Shown: positions 41,436 through 51,696 of the stretch, piece by piece
Numbering within the stretch: the first letter of the stretch is position 1
Layout: each line of letters starts with the position of its first letter
NCBI GenBank assembly: GCA_977020255.1
Contig: CDROCS010001101.1
Coordinates: forward strand, 372,001-436,000
Source: Obrimoposthia wandeli
Lineage: Eukaryota
DNA: 64,000 nucleotides
Direction of reading: 5' to 3'
Translations under genes and position numbers: made by a program
Notes under the pieces: generated by a model
Databases searched by the model: none
What the model was told of the DNA's origin: nothing
Seen by the model: only the letters and a program-made list of their open reading frames with translations

Positions 41436-42497
41436 CTATTTTAAGCTGGTATTTAACTCCGGCGCTTTAACAAGCTCAGATAGACAAGTATTACCATCTA
41501 CTCCACTTTCCTTTAATACACTTAACGCATCCAACAAAATTGACTTTAATTCAATAACAACACATGCATAATCTGCATCACCCTGTTGCAACGCCTGATG
41601 ATCAGCAAAGCTTAATCCAAGCTTGTTCATCTTTTTATCGAGGTTATGAATTAACGAAAGTAAGCTTGCGTGATACTCAACAACCAATTTTTCCGCACTA
41701 TGTTTATCAATAATAGATAGGCCAGCTAGCAGCCCCGTTTCATCAACAAAGTGTTCTGCCATGACAAAATCAATATCTTTATACCATTCACGTACAGCGA
41801 GCAGTGGTGTAACATCAGTATTTAACCCCTGATGGCAAGCAGCTAAGATCGGCGCTTGCAAAAACAGATCATCAAAACGAGCCTGGGTATTGACGTATTT
41901 AATCATGGCAGGAAATAACAGTTTAATATCGTCCAACTTTAACTGCTCATGCGCAGCAAGGTTTAATGCTTGTTGCTTAGCATCCCGCCATTTAGCAGAA
42001 AACCAACGAAACATACCCGCATCATCTAAACAACATTGAATCGAATACAGACTATTTACCGAACCCAACGTTTTGATGTTAACAAACGGCGCGAGTTTCT
42101 TGTTCAACGGTCTTAAAACGCTTAACTGCTGTTGTAATTCAGCTAAACGAAAATCCATTTCATAACAATTAAAACTATCCGCTCTTAATCCCCATAAATC
42201 TGCAGGCGCACGCTCAATCAAATTTACCAATGCAGCAAGTTGTTCAATACTGATTGTTGAACCTTGAAAACAAGCGTGCAATTGTACAGGTAAGTCCTTC
42301 GCAATCTCTGCATAACATGTTTGTAATTGCTGGCAACTCGCTAAAGCAGCATCAAGCTCAAGGGTCTGAAATTCTATTGCTTCAAGTGTCATCAATCCCG
42401 CAATACCCAAATCATTTAGCTGCTTAACGGCAGCCACATAGCTATCGTTGTTCAGTGTTTTATCTTGTAACAAACGATCAGCGTCTAAAGATGACAT
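41436..42497 (-). CDS. hypothetical helical protein resembling the central region of large DUF4011 helicase-nuclease proteins
   Basis: 353 aa ORF with RBS AGGA; motifs GMFRWFSAKWRDAK, HQGLNTDV..LLAVREWYK; family link is from recall only. Confidence 0.6.
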   Translation of the reverse strand: MSSLDADRLLQDKTLNNDSYVAAVKQLNDLGIAGLMTLEAIEFQTLELDAALASCQQLQTCYAEIAKDLPVQLHACFQGSTISIEQLAALVNLIERAPADLWGLRADSFNCYEMDFRLAELQQQLSVLRPLNKKLAPFVNIKTLGSVNSLYSIQCCLDDAGMFRWFSAKWRDAKQQALNLAAHEQLKLDDIKLLFPAMIKYVNTQARFDDLFLQAPILAACHQGLNTDVTPLLAVREWYKDIDFVMAEHFVDETGLLAGLSIIDKHSAEKLVVEYHASLLSLIHNLDKKMNKLGLSFADHQALQQGDADYACVVIELKSILLDALSVLKESGVDGNTCLSELVKAPELNTSLK

Positions 42498-42727
42498 TAT
42501 TTTATCCTACTCAATATGAGGTTATGCAAATTAATTACATGTTTAACTTAGCATAATCAACGGTAAATATTTAACAGACTTGAGCTTACCTTATTCCGCA
42601 AACTTAATCGACCTACTTCATCTTTGCTAGAGTTCGCTATACTATTTAATGACATACCTTGTTAATGACATATCTTGATTTAATAGCATTATTTTATAAC
42701 ATGATTTTATAAAAAGACTTTATAGCG

Positions 42728-44116
42728 GTGATGAACATGATTAATACTCGAATCGAACGCGATAGCATGGGTGAGGTTAACGTACCGGCCAATGCGCTTT
42801 ATGGCGCGCAAACACAACGCGCAATAGATAATTTTCCCGTCAGTGGCCAAACCCTACCAATTGACTTTATCAAGTCATTGCTTCTCATTAAATCAGCGGC
42901 TGCTGAAGCCAATCTCGAATTAGGCCTAATACCCCAAAACATCGCTACCGCTATCTGCACAGCAGTGAACCAATTACAGGCCGATAAAAACATCATGCAG
43001 CACTTCCCTGTTGATATCTATCAAACAGGTTCTGGTACCAGCTCCAACATGAACGCCAATGAAGTGATAGCCCATCTTGCCAGTATCTATAGTCAAACAA
43101 ATGTTGATGCCAATGATCACGTCAACTATGGTCAAAGCAGTAATGACGTGATCCCGAGTGCCATACACGTCAGCGCAGCAATATTAGTGGCCAAACAGTT
43201 ATTACCAGCACTGCACCATTTACAACAAACCATTGTCGACAAAGCCCTGAGCCTTAATCATCTGGTCAAAACCGGACGCACACATCTAATGGATGCCATG
43301 CCAGTCAGAATGAGCCAATCCTTATTCAGTTGGGCAGCACAAATCAGTGCCAACATTGATAACATTAAAATGTTACAACCCAAATTACAGCAGCTAGCAC
43401 AAGGCGGTACAGCCGTAGGCACAGGCATCAATGCCCACCCCGATTTTGCTAGCCATTTTAATCAAAAGCTATCAGGGTTAACTGGCATCACTTTTAGTCA
43501 AGCAGATAATTTTTCATTTTTGATGGCCACACAAGACACAGCAGTCGCATTATCCGGGCAATTAAAAACCACCGCCGTATCGTTAATGAAAATAGCCAAT
43601 GATCTGCGCTGGATGAATTCAGGACCACTAGCAGGATTAGGCGAGATCAGTTTACCGGCACTGCAACCCGGTTCTTCTATCATGCCAGGAAAAGTAAACC
43701 CGATTATCCCAGAATCAACCGCGATGGCCGCCGCGCAAGTTATCGGCAATGATGCCGCGATCACTATCGGTGGTCAGTCAGGTAACTTTGAACTTAATGT
43801 GATGCTACCGATGATCGCAACAAACCTTATCAGCAGTATTAACTTGCTCACATCAAGTTCACGCTTACTCGCAGACAAAGCGATTGCCGGTTTTGAGGTA
43901 CACGAGCAACAATTAACACAAGCACTACATAAAAATCCGATTCTAGTCACGGCACTCAACCCGCTCATTGGTTATCTTAAAGCAGCAGAAATTGCAAAAC
44001 AGGCTTATCGTGAACAACGTCCTATTATTGACGTCGCAGCAGAACACACTGAATTAACACGACAAGAACTGGAAAAATTATTAGACCCAGCGCGATTAAC
44101 AAGAAATACAAAGTAG
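42728..44116 (+). CDS. fumC: class II fumarate hydratase
   Basis: RIERDSMGEV, QTGSGTSSNMN, KTGRTHLMDA, GSSIMPGKVNP signature. Confidence 0.92.
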   Translation: MMNMINTRIERDSMGEVNVPANALYGAQTQRAIDNFPVSGQTLPIDFIKSLLLIKSAAAEANLELGLIPQNIATAICTAVNQLQADKNIMQHFPVDIYQTGSGTSSNMNANEVIAHLASIYSQTNVDANDHVNYGQSSNDVIPSAIHVSAAILVAKQLLPALHHLQQTIVDKALSLNHLVKTGRTHLMDAMPVRMSQSLFSWAAQISANIDNIKMLQPKLQQLAQGGTAVGTGINAHPDFASHFNQKLSGLTGITFSQADNFSFLMATQDTAVALSGQLKTTAVSLMKIANDLRWMNSGPLAGLGEISLPALQPGSSIMPGKVNPIIPESTAMAAAQVIGNDAAITIGGQSGNFELNVMLPMIATNLISSINLLTSSSRLLADKAIAGFEVHEQQLTQALHKNPILVTALNPLIGYLKAAEIAKQAYREQRPIIDVAAEHTELTRQELEKLLDPARLTRNTK

Positions 44117-44257
44117 ATTTAAAATCTGGCGTACTATTTGCTTTTAATAATTAGTTATTTAAATGTTTATTAAAAGCTGTTTAAATGTTGTAGTGATTGT
44201 GATGATTTAAACTCAAAACATTAATTCAAAAATGAATTCAAAGAAAAGTGGTGATCT

Positions 44258-45184
44258 ATGAAGACAATGCCCATGCTAGACCAATTCATTCAGCGTCACC
44301 AGTTGGATGCAGATTATTTAACGCATGCATCAGAGTACTTTTCGAGTGCACTATTAAGTATCGTAGCGCACCAAAAACAAGCAAAAAAGACCTTTATCGT
44401 CGGCATCAATGGTTGCCAAGGTTCAGGTAAATCGACGCTGGCTGATTATCTTGGCACCCGCCTAAGTTCAGAGTTTGATTTAAACGTCGCGGTATTATCG
44501 CTAGATGATTTTTATTACAGCAAAAAACAACGCCACGAGCTTGCTAACCAAATTCATCCGTTGTTGCGTACCCGTGGTGTTCCTGGCACACATGATATGA
44601 ACCTTGCCAATGAGACCTTGGAAAAACTGTGTGCAGGCGCATCAGCAAGTAACCCAGTACAACTTCGTCGATTTAACAAGTTTGCAGATAACCCCTATCC
44701 AGAATCACAATGGCCAATTATCGATCGCCCTATTGATGTGATAGTACTAGAGGGTTGGTGCCTTGGCGTACAGCCACAATTGATGAAAGACCTTATCTAT
44801 CCAATCAATCAATTAGAAGCGAAAAAAGATAAATACGGCATTTGGCGCAGTTATGTTAATCAGCAACTAAAACAGAATTACCAAGGTTTATACCAACGTA
44901 TTGACCATTGGTTGATGCTCAAAGCACCGAGTTTCGACAGTGTACAAGCGTGGCGATTAGAGCAAGAACATAAACGTAAAAATCTAGAACCAAGCACAGA
45001 TCAAAAACAACAAGAAACGTTTATGACCAGTGCCGAAGTTCGTAATTTTACCGCTTATTTCCAGCGTATCACCGAGCAGTGTTTAGCTACCCTACCCGAG
45101 CAATGCGATTGGGTATACGAATTAGATAATCAGCGTAACATTATCAATACCGTGCACCAAGATTCTGTCAGTGTTAGCGTTTAA
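44258..45184 (+). CDS. P-loop kinase (glycerate 3-kinase/GLYK-like)
   Basis: GINGCQGSGKST, SLDDFY, RGVPGTHD, LEGWC, WRLEQE. Confidence 0.8.
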   Translation: MKTMPMLDQFIQRHQLDADYLTHASEYFSSALLSIVAHQKQAKKTFIVGINGCQGSGKSTLADYLGTRLSSEFDLNVAVLSLDDFYYSKKQRHELANQIHPLLRTRGVPGTHDMNLANETLEKLCAGASASNPVQLRRFNKFADNPYPESQWPIIDRPIDVIVLEGWCLGVQPQLMKDLIYPINQLEAKKDKYGIWRSYVNQQLKQNYQGLYQRIDHWLMLKAPSFDSVQAWRLEQEHKRKNLEPSTDQKQQETFMTSAEVRNFTAYFQRITEQCLATLPEQCDWVYELDNQRNIINTVHQDSVSVSV

Positions 45185-46707
45185 ACAAGATTAACAATAG
45201 CAATGACAATATAAACAAGCATTAAACCAGCAAGGCCCATGATAAGCCCAACTTTTGCCATGTCCTTGCTGGCCACTAACCCCGTTGCATACGCTAACGA
45301 ATTAGGCGGGGTTGAAACCGGTAATATCATCCCTAATGACGCAGAACACGCAACCACAACCAGCATCATCAATAATGACAAGTCATCCATTGACGTAGCG
45401 ACTGCCGCCGCTATTGGCATTAATAAATTAGCCGTCGCGGTATTAGAGATAAAATTAGCCATCAACCAACACACGAGCGACATCACTAACATCACCAACA
45501 AAGCTGGTAATACTGAATAATCAATGGCATTCGCCATGACCGCTGCCAGTCCAGTTTTATCCAACGCAATACCAATCGCAATACCACCAGCAACCAGCCA
45601 TAACACATCCCAGTTAATCAGTTTCAATTCTTCCTTACCTATGATGCCTGTTAGCGTAAATACCGCCAATGGCACAATAGCGACAACATAGGTATTCATG
45701 CCATGTAAACCCGTGCTCATCCATAAAATAATGGTCATCGCAAAGGTAATATAGACCACTATTGCTTGCCAGCTCCGCTGAAAGTCACCACCAAGTTCTA
45801 AATGTAAACTGTCGCCACTAAACGGAAACAGCTTTTGTAACAGCCACCATGCAAAGGCTAACAGCACAATAACAAAGGGCAGCCCTAGCATCATCCAGTC
45901 TAGAAAGCTGACATTGTAAAGGCTATCAAGGTACTGCAGCGCAATCGCATTCGGTGGCGTACCAATTGGCGTCGCAATACCGCCCAGGTTGGCAGCGATA
46001 GGGACACTCAGCACCAAGGCTTTAATGCCCTTTTCTTCTTTTGGTACCGACATTAAAATCGGACCGAGTAATGACAGCATCATTACCGTGGTTGCCGTGT
46101 TCGACATAAACATAGAAAACAACGCCGTGATCATCATTAGACCAAGCATAATAGAAGCGGGTTTCGTGCCAAATGGTTTTAATAACACATTCGCCAGGTT
46201 AGTATCGAGCGCATATTTATTCGCGCCAATCGCAAGTGAGAATCCCCCCAAGAACAAGACAATAATCGGTGACGAAAAAGCCGCAAAAATATCGTTATAA
46301 TGCATCAAGCCTTCAATACTTGTCGCAGGGTCTAGCCCATCATTCAACAACCGAAAACTGTAAAGCCCTTGGTCAGATAGCATCACCAATTCAAGGGTAA
46401 TAATCAATATGGACGTCGCAAAGACAGGCACAGGTTCAAGGATCCACAGCAGTGCTGCCAGTACAAAAATGGCGAGTAATCTATGCTGAATAATACTCAG
46501 GTCATCAAAGGGTAATTCAGAGGTGGGCGTCGATAGTAAAAATAATGGAATAGCAAAGGCAATGAAAAGTTTAACGAACCTCGCCATCAAAGATTGGTTA
46601 TCGTCATGTACTGACGGTGTATGTGCTGTGTGGTTCTTTTTATCAACAAGCTGTTTATCTACTTTGTCTTCATCTGTCGGTTGTTTGTCTACGGTTATAT
46701 CCGTCAT
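45181..46707 (-). CDS. SLC13/DASS family anion permease
   Basis: SMFMSNTAT, TPIGTPPNA, NFISNTAT, PVSTPPN. Confidence 0.9.
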   Translation of the reverse strand: MTDITVDKQPTDEDKVDKQLVDKKNHTAHTPSVHDDNQSLMARFVKLFIAFAIPLFLLSTPTSELPFDDLSIIQHRLLAIFVLAALLWILEPVPVFATSILIITLELVMLSDQGLYSFRLLNDGLDPATSIEGLMHYNDIFAAFSSPIIVLFLGGFSLAIGANKYALDTNLANVLLKPFGTKPASIMLGLMMITALFSMFMSNTATTVMMLSLLGPILMSVPKEEKGIKALVLSVPIAANLGGIATPIGTPPNAIALQYLDSLYNVSFLDWMMLGLPFVIVLLAFAWWLLQKLFPFSGDSLHLELGGDFQRSWQAIVVYITFAMTIILWMSTGLHGMNTYVVAIVPLAVFTLTGIIGKEELKLINWDVLWLVAGGIAIGIALDKTGLAAVMANAIDYSVLPALLVMLVMSLVCWLMANFISNTATANLLMPIAAAVATSMDDLSLLMMLVVVACSASLGMILPVSTPPNSLAYATGLVASKDMAKVGLIMGLAGLMLVYIVIAIVNLV

Positions 46708-46868
46708 TAGCTTTCACCTCATAAGCCACTAATTCATAGAATATAAAATACCCTTTTTTACATTTTTTTATCTGCTTAGCTATCACGTTTTTAGATTATC
46801 AATACATTTAATTAACCATAAAGTGATAGTTAAATAATAGTTAAGTGTACTGGTATTATAAAAAGCAA

Positions 46869-46901
46869 AAAGCCCCAAAAGTTATTCACTCATGGGGCTT
46901 T
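46869..46901 (-). terminator. terminator after htpX
   Basis: AAAGCCCCA / TGGGGCTTT, U tract on the minus strand. Confidence 0.7.
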
Positions 46902-46939
46902 ATTTATTAGGCTATTATCAGCCTAGTACATCCGTAAGA

Positions 46940-47818
46940 TTAAAGATTACGTAATGCGTTGATACGGTTTTGAAGTGGTGGATGGCTCATTAATAGCTCC
47001 ATCATTGTCTTCTTACCGGTAATACCAAACGCCATCATAGAACCTTCAAGCTGTGTTTCTTGGCTTGTTTTAAGACGTTCCAATGCTGCAATCATCTTCT
47101 CTTTACCAACAAGTTCTGCTGCGCCAGAGTCTGCTTTAAACTCACGTTGACGGCTAAACCACATCGTTAAGAAGCTTGCTAAGAAACCAAATATCATTTC
47201 TAACGCCATTGATACGATGAAGTAAGTCATAAAGCTACCGCCGCCTTCACCCTCGCCTTCTTCATCATTTGATGTGAAGCCACTTACTGCGTTAGCAATA
47301 ATACGTGATAAGAAGATAACAAAGGTATTCACAACACCTTGCATCAGTGCCATCGTGATCATGTCACCGTTAGCAACGTGATTGATTTCGTGAGCAACAA
47401 CCGCTTCAGCTTCATCACGTGTCATTTGCGCTAGTAGACCAGTTGAGACTGCAATTAAGGCAGCATCTTTTTTAGCACCAGTGGCAAAAGCATTCATCTC
47501 GACAGCATCATAAATCGCAATATCAGGCATGCCAATACCAGCTTGTTTTGCTTGTCGAGTAACTGTTTCCATCAACCAATGTTCGTTGGCATTACGCGGT
47601 TCAGTAATGATCTCGCCGCCAATTGAACGTAGTGCCATTTTCTTCGACATCATTAATGAGATTAATGAACCACCGAAACCAAACAATACCGCCATCACCA
47701 ACAACCCAGAAAGGCTACCTGATTGAATACCAGTAGTTGCATAGATAATGTTTAATACAATACTAAAAACCACCATTACGGCCAGGTTGGTTGCTAGGAA
47801 TAGCATAATGCGTTTCAT
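46940..47818 (-). CDS. htpX: membrane zinc protease HtpX
   Basis: [14 protein letters not shown] start at 47818 after GGAG (ORF track start 47989 is too far upstream); [19 protein letters not shown]. Confidence 0.95.
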   Translation of the reverse strand: MKRIMLFLATNLAVMVVFSIVLNIIYATTGIQSGSLSGLLVMAVLFGFGGSLISLMMSKKMALRSIGGEIITEPRNANEHWLMETVTRQAKQAGIGMPDIAIYDAVEMNAFATGAKKDAALIAVSTGLLAQMTRDEAEAVVAHEINHVANGDMITMALMQGVVNTFVIFLSRIIANAVSGFTSNDEEGEGEGGGSFMTYFIVSMALEMIFGFLASFLTMWFSRQREFKADSGAAELVGKEKMIAALERLKTSQETQLEGSMMAFGITGKKTMMELLMSHPPLQNRINALRNL

Positions 47819-47888
47819 ATATTTTTGTTCTCCAATAAAATAGAGTGACATAATATGACAAAATAGAGAAAACGCAAATAGAGAAATT

Positions 47889-47903
47889 GTAAAGAGGAGT
47901 AAA
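47889..47903. promoter_or_regulatory. CpxR-type box upstream of htpX
   Basis: GTAAA-GAGGA-GTAAA exact consensus; htpX is Cpx-activated in E. coli. Confidence 0.7.
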
Positions 47904-47946
47904 GAACAAAAAGTGACCTTTAAACGCCCAGTGCATTTAAAGGTCA
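47901..47946 (-). terminator. probable terminator of the 67-aa gene
   Basis: TGACCTTTAAA / TTTAAAGGTCA arms followed on the minus strand by CTTTTTGTTCTTT. Confidence 0.55.
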
Positions 47947-48056
47947 AAGTCACGCTAGCGCTATCACTAGAGCAAAATATCAATGCCACGGAGTGATGAC
48001 ATTCTATCGATTATAAAAAAGTCGCTATATTGAGTAATTAGCGATCTATGAGTTTA

Positions 48057-48260
48057 TTAATTCATGGCGCTTTGAATGAGATCAATTAGCTCATTTTCTG
48101 TAGCGGGCTCATGTGATAAATCGAGTTCAGGTCCCGCGCCACCACTTAAAGAATAAACCTTAGAACCACAATGATCATAGTGATACCAAGTACCATCGAT
48201 ACATACGTCCGTGTAACATTTAGGATTGCGTAATAATTCCATCTTTACCACCTTAATCAT
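48057..48260 (-). CDS. small Cys/His-containing hypothetical protein
   Basis: 67 aa ORF (CYTDVC...HYDHC) with its own promoter and terminator signals. Confidence 0.7.
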   Translation of the reverse strand: MIKVVKMELLRNPKCYTDVCIDGTWYHYDHCGSKVYSLSGGAGPELDLSHEPATENELIDLIQSAMN

Positions 48261-48292
48261 GTGTTGAGTTTTTTTACAATCTGTTCACATTA

Positions 48293-48335
48293 AATATAAA
48301 CGCACATCCCTATTAACGCTATTGATGCAGATCAA
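48293..48335 (-). promoter_or_regulatory. FNR class II promoter of the 67-aa gene
   Basis: TTGAT-GCAG-ATCAA at 48322-48335 (perfect); -10 TATATT at 48298-48293 on the minus strand, about 30 bp from the box centre. Confidence 0.7.
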
Positions 48336-48425
48336 GTAACACTTTGTTTCACCATCCCTGCTCACTATATTTTACATACTTGCAGCATGGGCACAGCTTT
48401 AGTCGATGTCTACTCTGCCATTTAG

Positions 48426-49124
48426 TTAGTTAATTCGCGTGATCACCAAACGCCCAACCTGCCCAGCAATACGATGCTCAGGTAATAGTACCGATGCAGG
48501 ATCATCCGCCTGTGTTACCAGTCCGGGATGACGAGTTACTTTATCCATCACATCATCTCGTAACACGTTATAACCTTCTCCACCATCCGCGGGTCCCGGA
48601 ATACTCCCAGCCGCTTCACTGTTAGCTTCTGTACCTGCATCATAAACAGGTAAGCTGTAAGTCATACTATTCCCTACTGCTAAACTGCTAATGTCGATAC
48701 TATTTAATCCCGTGAATGCATCATTGGTATTAACTAACATACTACCGAATGACAGTTTCATTGCATGACTTTGATTTGCACTGATCGTCAGCAATTCATT
48801 ACTACCAGGTCCAATCGCACTCGCACCAGACATTGCCACATCCCCAGTACTGAACAAAGCAACTAACTCAGCGTTGCTCCCGCTTTCAGCCATATTCTCT
48901 AAGGTGCTGCTGGCCGGTGTACCTACTGACCACAAATTAGCAGCTGACTGATGTAACGCTAACAACACTGGAGAAAAAGGTTGCCCAGCAGTATCGTTAT
49001 AAACTGTAACTTGATATTCAAGTGTGGCCTGCGTACTACTATTATTGTCATCACCACATGCGCTAAGCCCCGTTGCTAATAATGTAACGCCCAAAAACTT
49101 TTTACTCAATATTGAAATAGCCAT
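48426..49124 (-). CDS. spondin-domain lipoprotein
   Basis: Lipobox LSAC; QPFSP, MLVNTNDAF, YDAGTEAN. Confidence 0.88.
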   Translation of the reverse strand: MAISILSKKFLGVTLLATGLSACGDDNNSSTQATLEYQVTVYNDTAGQPFSPVLLALHQSAANLWSVGTPASSTLENMAESGSNAELVALFSTGDVAMSGASAIGPGSNELLTISANQSHAMKLSFGSMLVNTNDAFTGLNSIDISSLAVGNSMTYSLPVYDAGTEANSEAAGSIPGPADGGEGYNVLRDDVMDKVTRHPGLVTQADDPASVLLPEHRIAGQVGRLVITRIN

Positions 49125-49138
49125 AAATCCTCCGGCGT

Positions 49139-49837
49139 TTATTTAACGGTAACAACCACTTTGGCTACTGGGTTTAACCAACGGTGAATTCGGCTATCGA
49201 GATCACTCACCCCACCATTAACATCACTATCGCCTATATTGCCTGGATGAATGTGAATATTACTGTTAGACGAAGATGTGGTCACGCCACTACCACCGGT
49301 ACCTCCGTTTGCCCCTGGATTTGCAGGTATTCCAGGTACCCCGGCAACACCACCGCCGTTAACAATTTCGTCATTAGCCTCTGTTCCCGCATCATAACCA
49401 TTCATATAAAAAGTATACGTACCCGCTTCGGTTGGGATCGCCCAACTGTCTTTCCCGACGAAACCATCGTTGGTAGGTAACATCATCGCAGCAATGGTCA
49501 ATACGTTATTACTACCCGTGTTTAAGTCTGTCACCACCGTATTATTCGATGGCGCGAGTAAACCTGCGGCAGGATTAGCAACTGAGATTGCAGAGACACT
49601 ATCTGCAATCGTGATTAAATCTGCAATAGCACCACCTTCAGCCATGGCCTGTAATGCTGGAGATGCACTTTTACCAACTTCAAATAGATGAACATCACTA
49701 GTATGAGCAGTAACAAGTAATGGCGTAAAATATATACCTTGAGTCAGGTTAGTGATACTTACATCAACTACAGCGGCTTGGCTTACAGTGCTAAGCGTTA
49801 ATAGCGGTAAAGCTAATAAAGATGATTTTAAATTCAT
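49139..49837 (-). CDS. spondin-domain secreted protein
   Basis: Signal peptide; ITNLTQGIYFTP, MMLPTNDGF, YDAGTEANDE. Confidence 0.88.
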   Translation of the reverse strand: MNLKSSLLALPLLTLSTVSQAAVVDVSITNLTQGIYFTPLLVTAHTSDVHLFEVGKSASPALQAMAEGGAIADLITIADSVSAISVANPAAGLLAPSNNTVVTDLNTGSNNVLTIAAMMLPTNDGFVGKDSWAIPTEAGTYTFYMNGYDAGTEANDEIVNGGGVAGVPGIPANPGANGGTGGSGVTTSSSNSNIHIHPGNIGDSDVNGGVSDLDSRIHRWLNPVAKVVVTVK

Positions 49838-49903
49838 AGGATATTCCTTTGTATGCCGTTTTGAATTGTCACACTGAGAATAAGCAAGGAATATAATGAG
49901 GAG

Positions 49904-49921
49904 GTCACGAAGTTGTCACGA
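49904..49921 (-). promoter_or_regulatory. OmpR/PhoB-type direct repeat upstream of the spondin operon
   Basis: GTCACGA-AGTT-GTCACGA (11-bp period) just upstream of a minus-strand -10 TATATT (49895-49890). Confidence 0.5.
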
Positions 49922-50011
49922 TTTTATAACTAATAGTATTAATGGTATCAGCGTATATATTTAAAGCCTAACGACTGGGAGCAGTTCAATGCGCTAGGCT
50001 TTAATTCTAAG

Positions 50012-51001
50012 TTACGTTAATACCTGATTAGCACAGGTATTCCCTGCACTAATGTCAGTTAAATTATTGAGAGTCGTTTGGGCAATACTAATTAATGCTT
50101 CTTTGGTCAAAAAAGCTTGATGGCCAGTAAAGATCACATTATGACAGGCAGATAATCGGCGGAAAGTGTCATCAGTAATGATTTCGCTAGAATGATCATT
50201 AAAGAATAAGTGCTCTTCCTCTTCATAAACATCTAAGCCTAGCCCCCCAATTCGGCCTGATTTTAACGCTTCAATGGCATCGTTCGCATCTAACAAACCA
50301 CCACGACTGGTATTAATAATCGTGACACCGTCTTTCATTAACGCGAACGTTTTTTCATTTAACAGATGCTTATTATCGGCCGTTAATGGGCAATGTAAAC
50401 TTATCACATCACTGTTAGTAAACAGCGTATCTAAGTCCACATATTCAGCCCCTAACGCAATAGCATGTTCAGAAGGATAAGGGTCAGAGGCTAAAATTTT
50501 ACAACCAAAGCCTTTAAAAATAGCCATGGTAGCGACACCTATTTTACCAGTACCAATAATACCAACCGTTTTACCGTGTAAATTAAACCCTACTAGACCT
50601 TGTAACGAGAAGTTAGCATCACGGGTGCGTTGATAAGCTTTATGAATACGGCGATTAAGTGTCATTAGCAAAGCAATAGCATGCTCGGCAACAGCCTCTG
50701 GCGAATAGGCTGGAACACGTACGATAGTGATGCCAAGCGCTTCAGCGCAATCTAAATCAATATTGTTAAAACCAGCACAGCGCATTGCAATACACTTTAT
50801 TCCCATGTCTTTCAGTTGATGTAAAACAGGGGCACTTAAATCATCATTAACGAAAGCACAAACAGCATCATATCCTTTAGCTAATACCGCTGTTTGTTGA
50901 TTTAATTGCGCATCAAAAAAATTAATACTGATAGGTTCAGAAATCAATGGTTCAAAATATTGAATATCATAACTGCGGGAACTAAACATAATCACTTTCA
51001 T
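50012..51001 (-). CDS. ldhA: D-lactate dehydrogenase (NAD-dependent)
   Basis: ATG 51001 with RBS GAGG gives 329 aa; RCAGFNN, GTGKIG, LHCPL, NTSRG, GHQAF. Confidence 0.92.
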   Translation of the reverse strand: MKVIMFSSRSYDIQYFEPLISEPISINFFDAQLNQQTAVLAKGYDAVCAFVNDDLSAPVLHQLKDMGIKCIAMRCAGFNNIDLDCAEALGITIVRVPAYSPEAVAEHAIALLMTLNRRIHKAYQRTRDANFSLQGLVGFNLHGKTVGIIGTGKIGVATMAIFKGFGCKILASDPYPSEHAIALGAEYVDLDTLFTNSDVISLHCPLTADNKHLLNEKTFALMKDGVTIINTSRGGLLDANDAIEALKSGRIGGLGLDVYEEEEHLFFNDHSSEIITDDTFRRLSACHNVIFTGHQAFLTKEALISIAQTTLNNLTDISAGNTCANQVLT

Positions 51002-51069
51002 AAAAGTGTTCCTCATATAAATTTATATTGCGGTTCAGTAGTGTACATACATTTGTTATATCGATGACG

Positions 51070-51534
51070 CTAACTTATAATGTTCTTTGACATATTATAG
51101 CCAGAAATAGCAAACCCCACTTCTTGATACAGTTTTAGCGCTCTTTGATTTTGGTAAGCAACTCGTAATTTAATTTGCCCAATACCAATCGATTTTAATT
51201 GTGACTCTAGCGCAATGATTGCCAATTTTCCATAACCATTATTACGGTTGTTGGAGAAAATGAAAAAGTCATAAATGAACGTCGATTTGTCATCTGTATT
51301 AATCGAATGCCATAAGTAACCAACCAATTCTGAATTCGACTCGATACACAACAATTCGTGATCGTTGGTTTCCAACCCATTAGGAAAGCTACGAAGCAGA
51401 TCTTGATTGGCTAATTCGACCGCCTTTTCCATTGAGTGGCCATAATTACCAGCAATTTCACGACTATAATCATCAATGAAATAGTCGCTATATGCGGGGT
51501 ATTCACTAGAAGTCATAGGTCTGAGTTGAATCAT
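51070..51534 (-). CDS. GNAT family acetyltransferase
   Basis: VGYLW, RNNGYG motif, NQRALKLY. Confidence 0.85.
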   Translation of the reverse strand: MIQLRPMTSSEYPAYSDYFIDDYSREIAGNYGHSMEKAVELANQDLLRSFPNGLETNDHELLCIESNSELVGYLWHSINTDDKSTFIYDFFIFSNNRNNGYGKLAIIALESQLKSIGIGQIKLRVAYQNQRALKLYQEVGFAISGYNMSKNIIS

Positions 51535-51577
51535 ATTTAATCCTTTAAACCATGAACTAAAAAAACGATAACACTTA

Positions 51578-51641
51578 AGCTTTCATCGGAACAAAACTCA
51601 GCTAAATAAATAACACCCTCGGGCTTTAGTTCTCGACGAAG
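51578..51641 (-). pseudogene. internal fragment of the methyltransferase gene at 54317-54892
   Basis: 58/64 identical to 54484-54547. Confidence 0.85.
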
Positions 51642-51696
51642 CCTCTATGGTTGTTGTGGCTTAATGAACCTGTACACTTAAAGAGTTGGGGATGAG

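Noticed and set aside
41283-42727. tRNA-Val as the insertion site of a genomic island
   Set aside because: No integrase and no duplicated tRNA 3' end were found downstream in the window.
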